Positions 7,689 through 17,000 of a stretch of DNA of 32,353 nucleotides are shown here, in pieces. How positions within the stretch are numbered: the first letter of the stretch is position 1; every line of letters starts with the position of its first letter. The notes under the pieces are model-generated. The model did not search any database. It was given only the letters and a program-made list of their open reading frames with translations, and was not told the origin of the DNA. The stretch is from Anaerolineae bacterium. GTDB lineage: Bacteria > Chloroflexota > Anaerolineae > B4-G1 > DUEL01. The stretch is from assembly GCA_029932895.1 (NCBI GenBank), contig JAOZPF010000004.1, positions 1 through 32,353 on the forward strand, written 5' to 3'. Position numbers and translations under genes: made by a program.

Positions 7689-8951
7689 ATGCGGAAAATC
7701 GTTCTGCATGATCACAGGCCAATATATCCCTTTAATGAACCTGCCAGGGAACTGCGCATCCTCAACAAGCCACTCTGGCTCTACCAGCGCGATGTCCTGG
7801 CCCCCTACGTGGAGGGGCTTGAGCGGGAGGTGAACTCGTTCGACGAGATCGGACCGGAACGGGTAGAGACGCTGGTCTACCGGGGCAATCTGTTCTTTGA
7901 CCGGTATTTCATCCATGACTTTGTGACCAGGGCGCGGCGGCTGGGGAAATCATGCCAGGTCGCCTTCCCGTTGGACGACCAAGCCATCGTCAACCACGCC
8001 CTACCGCTGCAACGAACGATACGGCGCAAGGGCGATTATTACGTCACCGACATGTGGTACTTTCCCTACGGCATCGAGGAGACCGTCCGCCCCCTGGTGA
8101 TGCACACCGAACCGCGCGAGATGGGCTACTACCGCGTGCCCACCCACATGTCGGATGCGATGGGGGACCTCGTCTACCAGGTGCCCACCAAGGCTTTTGT
8201 GGCCATCGAATCCTGGGTCCACGTGGTGTTGGCCAATGTGATCTTTGGCGTCTTTGCCGAGGCGGCCCGCCTGGACCGGAATATCGAGGAGAGCATCGCC
8301 CTGCAGCTCAAACTGTTCTGGCGAGCGTTGCTGGAGCAGAGACAGGTCCTCTCCTCCTCGGCCGTCGTCAAGATCGGCAAGAACTGTTCCATCGACCCCA
8401 GTGCCATCATCCGCGGGCCGACGGTGATCGGGGACAATGTCGACATCGGCCCTGGTGCGGTGATCGACATCTGCGTCATCGGCAACAACGTCACCGTCTC
8501 CGACGGCTGCCAGTTGATGCTCAGCGTGATCAGCGACCGCTGTTTCCTTCCCTTTCGCGCTTCCCTGTTCGAGACCGTTCTGATGGAAGATACAATGGTC
8601 GCGCAGAACACCTGCCTGCAGTTGAGTTGCGTCGGCCGGAGCAGTTTCGTCGGCGCTGGCAGCACTTTTACCGACTTTAATCTGATACCGAAAGAGCTCC
8701 GCGCTATCCACGGCGACAGCCTGGAGGACACTGGACTGACCGTTCTCGGGGGGTGCGTGGGCCACCACTGCCGGATCGGTTCGGGTATGATTGTCTATCC
8801 GGCCCGCACCATCGAGTCGGATAGTATACTGGTGGCCTCGCCGGAGCGGAGAGTTATCGACAAGGACGTCTCCTACGAGGAGAGCGACATTTACAAAATA
8901 CCGAACGCCACAAGCGTTCACCCGCGTCTCTACCCGCGGCACGGAGAGTAG
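7689..8951 (+). CDS. GlmU-like protein: NTP_transf_4-like N-domain without a nucleotide-binding loop, plus a left-handed beta-helix (hexapeptide repeats)
   Basis: The N-terminus is MRKIVLHDHRPIYPFNEPARELRILNKPL and has no GxGxR loop. The C-terminal half has [LIV]-G-x4 periodicity: IGKNCSIDPSAIIRGPTVIGDNVDIGPGAVIDICVIGNNVTVSDGC. Confidence 0.7.
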   Translation: MRKIVLHDHRPIYPFNEPARELRILNKPLWLYQRDVLAPYVEGLEREVNSFDEIGPERVETLVYRGNLFFDRYFIHDFVTRARRLGKSCQVAFPLDDQAIVNHALPLQRTIRRKGDYYVTDMWYFPYGIEETVRPLVMHTEPREMGYYRVPTHMSDAMGDLVYQVPTKAFVAIESWVHVVLANVIFGVFAEAARLDRNIEESIALQLKLFWRALLEQRQVLSSSAVVKIGKNCSIDPSAIIRGPTVIGDNVDIGPGAVIDICVIGNNVTVSDGCQLMLSVISDRCFLPFRASLFETVLMEDTMVAQNTCLQLSCVGRSSFVGAGSTFTDFNLIPKELRAIHGDSLEDTGLTVLGGCVGHHCRIGSGMIVYPARTIESDSILVASPERRVIDKDVSYEESDIYKIPNATSVHPRLYPRHGE

Positions 8952-8995
8952 ACGAGGCCGGGGGGCGGCTAGGGGGCAGGAGAAGCACACCAGAG

Positions 8996-10090
8996 ATGGA
9001 CTCGTTTGCCTTTATCATTCACCCGTTGGACCCCAAGGCAGACGTAGCGCGGAAGTATCCGCGCCTGGCCCGGGTGTTGCCGGTGTGGGCCATCCACTTC
9101 CTCTCCCGCTTTTGGCCCCCTCTGCTTCTCTCCCACGTGACAGGCATCCGCTCGGCAGCGACGGGTCGCGAGGTGGAGGGCTGGCTCCTGGCATGCCCTT
9201 TCACCGCGCGCCGGATGCTCCAACTGCCCCCTCGCGTGGTCTATCGCAAGATCATCCAGACCGGGCGGCTGGCCGAACGACTGGGGGCCAAAATACTGGG
9301 CCTGGGGGCATACACATCCGTGGTGGGTGATGGCGGGCTGACGGTCGCCAGAGCGCTCGATATCCCGGTCACCACCGGCGATAGCTACACCGTCGCCCTG
9401 GCGGTTCGCGCCCTGCTGGAGGCAGGAAGCCGGATGTCCATCGCTCCCAGCCAGGCCACCGGGGCCGTGGTCGGCGCGAGCGGCGCTATCGGCTCGGCCT
9501 GCGCGCGGCTGCTCGCCCCCCAGGTGCGAGAGATGCTCCTGGTGGGACGCCGAATGGAGCGCCTGAAAAAAGTGCGGGATGAGGTGATGAACCTGACCGA
9601 CAAGCCGGTCGAGATCACGAGCGACGTGGCGGACATACACCGAGCCGACCTGATCGCCAGCGCCACCAGCGCCGGGAAAGCGATCATCCGCGCCTCCCAC
9701 CTCAAACCAGGCGCGGTGGTCTGCGATGTCGCCCGACCACGGGACGTAGCGGCCCAGGTGGCGCAGGAGCGCGGAGACGTGCTGGTGGTCGATGGGGGGC
9801 TGGCTGAGGTGCCGGGGCAGGTGAACTTTGGCTTTGATTATGGACTGCCTCCCCGCCTCACCTTCGGCTGTATGGCCGAGACGATGGCCCTGGCCCTCGA
9901 GGGCCGCTTCGAGGACTATACGGTGGGCAAGGACATAGATATCGACCGCGTGAAAGAGATCGAGCGGGTCGCGGAACGGCACGGTTTTCGGCTGGCCGGC
10001 CTGCGCTCCTTCGAGCATTTGTTGACAGAGGAACGGATTTCATCCGTCCGCCGCAAGGCGGCCCAGGTGGCCAAATCTGGCCCCGCCTAG
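8996..10090 (+). CDS. Acyl-ACP reductase (AAR)-like NAD(P)-dependent reductase (COG5322-type)
   Basis: Collinear by eye with my recollection of cyanobacterial AAR (not aligned or searched). Shared blocks are LGLGAYTSVV, TTGDSYT and the Rossmann segment ATGAVVGASGAIGSACARLL. The FGCMAETMALALEG block carries Cys292 (TGT 9869-9871), and the C-terminus is ERHGFRL. Confidence 0.75.
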   Translation: MDSFAFIIHPLDPKADVARKYPRLARVLPVWAIHFLSRFWPPLLLSHVTGIRSAATGREVEGWLLACPFTARRMLQLPPRVVYRKIIQTGRLAERLGAKILGLGAYTSVVGDGGLTVARALDIPVTTGDSYTVALAVRALLEAGSRMSIAPSQATGAVVGASGAIGSACARLLAPQVREMLLVGRRMERLKKVRDEVMNLTDKPVEITSDVADIHRADLIASATSAGKAIIRASHLKPGAVVCDVARPRDVAAQVAQERGDVLVVDGGLAEVPGQVNFGFDYGLPPRLTFGCMAETMALALEGRFEDYTVGKDIDIDRVKEIERVAERHGFRLAGLRSFEHLLTEERISSVRRKAAQVAKSGPA

Positions 10091-10106
10091 TTTGGGAGGT
10101 TACAGT

Positions 10107-11000
10107 ATGAGCGAGGGGAGAATCCTGGTCGTAGAAGACGATTTTGACATCTCGAACATGCTGCGCATCTACTTCCAGAGCCAGGGCTACGAGGTATCCG
10201 TAGCGCCACGGGGAAGCGACGCGCTTGAGATGACGCGCCAGCAACTACCCAACATCATCGTCCTCGATATTATGCTCCCGGATCTGGATGGGTATGATGT
10301 CTGCCGCCACCTGCGCAGCAACCTGCGTACCAAGCACATTCCCATCATCTTTCTCACCCAGAAGGACGAGCGGTCGGACAAAATCCACGGCCTCGAGCTG
10401 GGGGCGGATGATTATATCACCAAGCCCTTTGATGTCGAAGAACTAAAGCTGCGGGTCAAGAACGCTATGGCCAGAGCAGCCTACGAGAGCCTGACCAACC
10501 CTACCACCGGGCTTCCCAGTTCCAAACTCATCGAGGAGCAACTGCGCGAGCTGATGCGGCGGGATAACTGGGGTGTCCTCTACATCGGCATCGAGCGCCT
10601 GGAGCCCTTCAGCGAGGTCTATGGCTTTGTCGCCGCCGACGAGGTCCTGCGCTATACCGCCATGGTGTTGGGCGAGACGGTGGACGGGCTGGGCACCCCC
10701 AACGACTTTATCGGCCACGTTGGCGGGGACGACTTTCTCATCATCACCCGCGCCAACCTGGTCAAGCCGCTGACGGAGGACCTGCAGCGACGCTTTGCAG
10801 CCGGGGTTGGCACCCACTATGACTTCAAGGCCCGCCAGCAGGGGTACATCATCGTTCAGGACGACGAGGGAAACGAGCGCAAAGTGGGATTGATGGAGCT
10901 GGCAGTCGGCACTATCACCGACCAGGACGGCCCCTTCACCGACATCCGCGAGATCACCGAGGCAGCAGCTTCGGCGCGACGCGAGCGAAGCCGCGCCTGA
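10107..11000 (+). CDS. Response regulator: receiver plus degenerate GGDEF domain (GGDDF)
   Basis: The REC motifs are intact: VVEDD, IIVLDIMLPDLDG, IIFLTQ, DYITKPF. The GGDEF-like domain has TGLPSS instead of TGLxNR, HVGGDDF instead of GG(D/E)EF, and no RxxD I-site. GGGAGG lies 7 nt before ATG 10107. Confidence 0.85.
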   Translation: MSEGRILVVEDDFDISNMLRIYFQSQGYEVSVAPRGSDALEMTRQQLPNIIVLDIMLPDLDGYDVCRHLRSNLRTKHIPIIFLTQKDERSDKIHGLELGADDYITKPFDVEELKLRVKNAMARAAYESLTNPTTGLPSSKLIEEQLRELMRRDNWGVLYIGIERLEPFSEVYGFVAADEVLRYTAMVLGETVDGLGTPNDFIGHVGGDDFLIITRANLVKPLTEDLQRRFAAGVGTHYDFKARQQGYIIVQDDEGNERKVGLMELAVGTITDQDGPFTDIREITEAAASARRERSRA

Positions 11001-11040
11001 GAAAAACAGGAGAGCGTAGCGAGCAAGTACACAGGGCAAG

Positions 11041-14000
11041 ATGGAGATGCCAAACCTAGAACGGCCAAAGGGCATAGCTGCCCCGTTAGGGGGGATCACC
11101 CTCATCCTGGTCCTCGGCCTGGGCCTGAACCTGGTCCCGGTCGAGTGGCTGGGGCCGTTCTACCTGGCGCTCCCCTTCGCCGTCGTCGCCCTGACGCTCC
11201 TGACCGAGCGACGCGCCACGCTGGTAGGCGCCGCCATCGCTGTCCTCGCCCTGGCGCTCCGCCTCTTGCGGCCCGCTCCGACCCCCAGCATGGTCTCGGG
11301 CATCGTCGCCGGCCTGCTCTGCCTGGCAGCGGCCCTTTTCCTCCCCCCCCTCGGCGCCCTGCGGCAGGTGCGAAGAGGCGTCCGCCGCAAAACCAGGGGT
11401 AGACGATCATACCGCGACCTGGCGGAAGCGGTGCTGGACGAAGCGCTGCGGGTGACAGGGGCCGAGATGGGCGAAGTGTTGCTTCGTCTCAGTGATGAGG
11501 AACAGGTACAGCAGATTACAAGTCGGGGCCTGGGAGGAACATCGCTGGCCTCCTCTGCCTCCGGGCACGGGGACCGCGTCGTGACCGACCTGGTGCTGAG
11601 CGAGCAACGGCTTTGCCTCTTTTCTCCGCCCCCCACGACCGGAGCACAAACCGGGGCCGCGCTCCCCCTCCGCACCCAGGACCAGGTTCTGGGGCTCGTC
11701 TGTGTGGGCAGCCACGCCAAGCGCACTTTCAACTCGCGGGAACTGGCCCGCTTTTACGCTGTGGCGGAGGAAGGGGCGTCCGCCCTGGCATCGGTTATCC
11801 CCACCTCGCCCGGTCCCGCCCCCACACGGGAGATGGAGGAGCTGACCACCCTCGACGAGATCGGGCACGCCATCACTGCCAGCCTGGACCTGGGAACAAC
11901 TCTGAGAACGATTCTCGTCTCTACCCGCAAACTCATCCCCTTCGACCTGGGGGAGGTGACTCTGTGGGATTCGGCCAGCCACCGGCTGGTAAGCCGGGGA
12001 TCGCTCGACGCCGACGAGTACCACGCCGCGGTGGGCGACACATACCGCCTGAACGAGGGATACTCCGGCTGGCTGGCCCGTAATCGCCGCCCCCTCCTCA
12101 TCACCGATATTCCCAACTACCGGGAGGTGCGACCCAAGCTGGACCGCCCTGACTCTCCCCTCCGCTCTTTCCTCGGCCTCCCGCTGGAGAACCGGGGCGA
12201 GTTCATCGGTACGCTAGAGTTGGTCAGCTATCAACTGGATGCCTTTTCCGAACATGACCTGGACCTCTTGCAGACCATCGGCACTTATGCCGCCGCGGCC
12301 ATTGAGCACGCCCACCTCTACGAAGAGGCCCGGCGCCGGACGTTGGAACTGGATTCCCTCTCGCGCGTCTCGGCGGCGGTGAGTTCCACACTGGACCTGG
12401 ATCAGGTCCTCCAGACCATTGCCACCTCGGCCCTGGAGGTGGTCGGCTGCAATCGCTCGGCGATCTTTGTGTTGGAGGAGGAGAGCGACACGTTGCGCCT
12501 GGCGGCGAGCCAGGGCCTGAGTAAAACGTATGTGGACAAGTCGCAGGCCCTCCCCATCGAGGCCGGTGGTCGTACCCACGCCGTCGCCACCAGACAGCCG
12601 GTACTGGTGGAGGACATTACCGCCGATCCAGGATTGCGCCGCCTGGCCCCTCTGGCCGAGGGAGAGGGAGTCGTCGCCTTTGCCGACATCCCGCTGCGAG
12701 TGGGGAAACAGGTGATCGGCATGCTCTCGGCCTTTTTCACCCAGCCCCACCGTTTTACCGATGTGGAGCGGGGGCTGCTGACCTCCTTTGCCGACCAGGC
12801 AGCGATCGCTATCGAGAACGCCCGTCTCTATGCCAACACCGACCGGGAACTGCGGCGTCAGGCAGAAGCGCTGAGCGGATTGCAGGTGGTGGCGCAGGAG
12901 GTGAGTGTCACTTTCGACCAGGAGCATATCCTGCGCATTGTGCTGGAAGAGGCTATGCACCTCAGCCGCGCCGACCACTGCGCCATCCTCCTCTACGATG
13001 AGCCATCGGACCACTGGACGATGGGCTTTTGCGCTGGCTACTTGGAAGAGGAACAGGCCGCCCTGCGGCAGCGGTTGTCGAACCTGCCCGACGAGGACAG
13101 TTTCGCCGAAATGTGCCGCACCGGCAAGACCCTCCACCTGGACGACGCGACGGAGGAGGGCCGGGAGGTGGTGGGGCGGAGCGATGTACGCTCGGCGCTC
13201 CTGGTCCCCATCCGCTACGGGGAACAGACCGCCGGCGCCATCGTCCTGGGCAGCCGGAGCGTTGGCTGCTTCGACGACGTCGTCCGCCGTTTTGTCGAGA
13301 CGCTCGCCGCCCAGGCAGCCATCGCCATCAGCAACGCCCGTCGCTATCAGGAGCAGAGCGACCGCAACACCCTCCTGCGCCAGCGGGCTGACCAGTTGTC
13401 CAGCGTCTTGGAGGTCAGCCGGGCCGTCCGCTCCGACGAGCCTCTGGAAGATGTATTGGAAGAGATCGCCTATGCCATCCAGGAGAGCGTGGGCTTTGAC
13501 CTGGTGCTTGTCAGCATGCTGGAGGGAGACCCGCCCCACCTACGCCGCGTCGCGGCCGCTGGCGTCCCCCTGCCGGTGCTGGAGCAGATGAAGCAAGTCC
13601 TCCAGCCCTGGAAATCGCTGGAAGTGGTGATCCGCGACGAGTTCAAGATCAGCCAAAGCTATTACATCCCCGCCGAGGAACAGGCCCGCTGGCGCGACAC
13701 CCTGCACACCTACGAGCAAGAAAATGTAGAGACCGCCAGAGAGCCGGGCCGCTGGCACCCACAGGACATGCTCCTCACGCCGCTGCTCGGTTCCGGCGGC
13801 GAGATTCAGGGTATCCTCTCGGTGGACGAACCTCGCGATGGCCGAGTGCCTGGCTACCCCACCATCGAGGCACTGGAGGTATTCGCCGCCCAGGCTGCTG
13901 CCTACATCGAGAACGCACGTCTGCTCAAAGCCCTGCAGGGCCAGTTGGACGCTCTCTCCGTGTTCAACGAGATCAACCGCTCTGTGGCAGCCAAGCTCGA

Positions 14001-17000
14001 CCTGGACGAGGTGCTACGGACGGTCGTCGGCTCGGCGGCCCGCCTGATCGACTGTCAGGGCAGCGTTATCTTTCTCGAAGAAGAGAGGACCGGTCAGTAC
14101 GTGGCCCGGCAGACCTATGGTCACGACCTGGCGGCGTTGAAAAAGAGCGTCTTCGCCCCCGGCGAGGGGCTGGTGGGCAGCGTCGCCGAGAGCGGGATGC
14201 CCATCTCGGTGCGGGACGTGGAGGAGGAGACAGGCGGTGAGCCTGACTATGTGCAGGAGGGGGCAGCGATCCTCGTCCCCCTCAGCATTGGCGGAAGGGT
14301 GGTGGGCGTGCTGACCGCCGACCGTGACTACAGCGAGCCCTTCAGCCCGGTGGATGTGGCTACCCTCACCGCCCTGGCCGACCAAGTGGCCGTAGCCGTG
14401 CAGAACGCCCAGCTGTTCGCAGAGACAACCCGCCGCAGCCAGGAACTTTCCACGCTGCTGGAGGCGGGCAGCGCCCTCTCGTCCACCCTGGACCTGAACT
14501 GGGTGCTGCAGGCCCTCGGCGACCGGCTGCTGGAGAGCGCGCAGGCCGATAGTTGCCTCATCTCGGAGTGGGACCGCGACGAGAACCGGGTGACGGTGGT
14601 GTGGGAGATGGGCGACCCCTCCGTCCGCCCGCTGCTCGGCACTACCTACCTGGCCTCTCAGCGTCCAGATGTCGTGGAAGTGCTTCTCGTCCAGGAGCCT
14701 ATGCTTCTCGCGCTAGACAACCCCCAGATCAGCAATGCCGCCCGCGCTCACCTGGAGCAGAGAGAAGCCCACACCGTCCTGCTGCTCCCTATGGTCGCCC
14801 GTGGGCAGACGGTGGGGCTGGTGGAATTGGAACGGCGCGGCGAGCGCGGCCCCTTCGCCCCAGGCGAGGTCCGCCTAGCCGAGGCGCTGGCGAGCCAGGC
14901 CGCCGCCGCAATGGCGAACGCGCGGCTGTACGAAGAAATCCGCCGCTTTAGCGCTGAACTGGAGGAGCGGGTCGAGAAACGGACCCACGAGCTGGCCCAG
15001 GCCCTCCAAGACCTGACGGTCGAGCGGGACCGGATGGAAACGCTCTACCGCATCACAGCCGAGGTCTCGGCCAGTTTGGACCTGGACCACGTGTTGAACC
15101 GGACGCTGGAGCTGGTGGTGGAGGCGACCGGCGCGGAGCGCGGCGTGACCCTGTTGGACGATCCGGAGACGGAGCAATTGTTCTACCGTGCCGGCGTGGG
15201 ATTGCCGGTGCACCTCCCACCCGGAGGGCGCCCCTCCCGCTTCCAGCACGGCGATGGGCTGGTGGGCTGGGTGATCGAGCATAACGAGTCCGTAGTGATC
15301 CCCGATCTGCGCGAGGAACCACGCTGGGTGCCCAGCGAGATGGAGGACCCGGTGCACCGGGCCTGCTTGGCTGTCCCATTAAGCAGGGCAGGGGAGGTTC
15401 AGGGGGCGTTACTGCTCTTTTCCTCCACCCCTGGTCTCTTTACCGAGGATCACCTGCGGCTGACCGAAGCGGCGGCGACCCAGATAGCCAATGCCGCTGG
15501 CAACGCCGTGCTCTACAACCTGATCCGCGAACAGGCCGAGCGGCTGGGCACGATGCTCAAGGCCCAACAGGTCGAGGCCGCCAAGAGCCAGGCCATCCTG
15601 GAGGGAGTCGCCGACGGGGTCGTGGTAGCCGACGCCAAAAACCAGATCGTCCTCTTTAACGCCGCCGCCGAGCGAATCTTGGAGATCCCCCGCGAGCAGG
15701 CCCTGGGCCGGACGACGCGGGAGATGATCGGGTTGTACGGCGGCGAAGGCCGGACCTGGCTGGAAGCGATCGAGGATTGGACAGCCCACCCCACCACCGA
15801 CCGCACTCCCGAGGACTTTGTCACCGAGCGGCTGGAGCTGGACAACCAGGTCGTGAGCGTCCACGCCGCCCCGGTTATCATGGGCTCCGAGTACCTGGGC
15901 ACTGTCTCTGTCTTCCGCGACATCACCGCCGTGGTGGAGGCAGACCGGGCCAAGAGCGAGTTCGTCTCCACGGTCTCCCACGAGCTGCGCACACCGATGA
16001 CCTCCATCAAGGGGTACGCCGACCTGCTGTTGATGGGGGCGGTGGGCGAGTTGGGCGATCAGCAGCTCCACTTTCTCTCCATAATCCGCAACAACGCCGA
16101 CCGGCTGACCGCCCTGGTCAACGACCTACTGGACATCTCCCGCATCGAGACCGGGCGAGTGGAACTGGACCTGAAGGCAATCCACATCCACGATACCGTG
16201 AACCAGGTCGTCAACACCCTTCTGGGCCGGGCGGAGGGGAAAGGGCTGACCCTCACCTCCGACGTGGCGGAGGACCTCCCCGCCGTCTGGGGTGATAGCG
16301 CCCGCCTGGTCCAAATCCTGACCAACCTGGTGGGCAATGCGATCTACTACACGCCGCCGGGCGGCTCGGTCCACGTCTCCGCCCGCCCCGTGGGCGATGT
16401 ATTGGAGATCTCGGTGACCGACACCGGCATCGGCATCGCCAAGGAGGACCAGGCCAAGATATTTGGCCGTTTCTTCCGCGTCGACGACCCCCTGGTGCAA
16501 GAGACGCCAGGCACTGGCCTCGGCCTGCCGATCACCGCCTCCCTGATCGAGATGCACGGCGGCAAGATTTGGGTCGAGAGCGAGTTGGGGGAGGGCAGTG
16601 TCTTTACCTTTACCATCCCCCTGGCCCGCGCGGTGCAGGCGACGGCTCAGGCCCGCGAGGCGGGTGTGCAGCAACTCTTGGTGGTCGAGGACGACCCGGA
16701 TATCGCCAACCTGATCCGCGCTCAGTTGGAGGAGGCGGGATACCGGGCGACCGCCGTGGGACGGGGAGAGGATGCACTCCAGGCAGCAAGGGAACTACTC
16801 CCGGCCCTCATCACACTGGACATCCGCCTGCCTGATATGGACGGGTTCGAGGTGCTGAAACGATTGAAGCACGACCCCGAGACCGCCGATATTCCCGTGG
16901 TCATTGTCTCCGTGGTGGAGGACAAGGAAAAGGGATTCCGGCTGGGAGCGCTGGATTATGTGGGCAAGCCAATCGACGAGGAATCGCTGCTGGGCGCGGT

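Noticed and set aside
8001-10018. Two long minus-strand ORFs (8001-8990 and 8969-10018), plus the plus-strand 7952-8680 ORF
   Set aside because: They overlap the beta-helix and AAR-like genes, which have strong family signatures. The alternative translations are R/G/P/H-rich and lack motifs.
12214-13539. 441-aa minus-strand ORF, plus several other 100-230-aa ORFs inside 11041-17421
   Set aside because: They are antisense or off-frame to the histidine kinase, whose frame carries continuous GAF/PAS/HisKA/HATPase/REC motifs. Their compositions are G/R/A/P-rich and motif-free.
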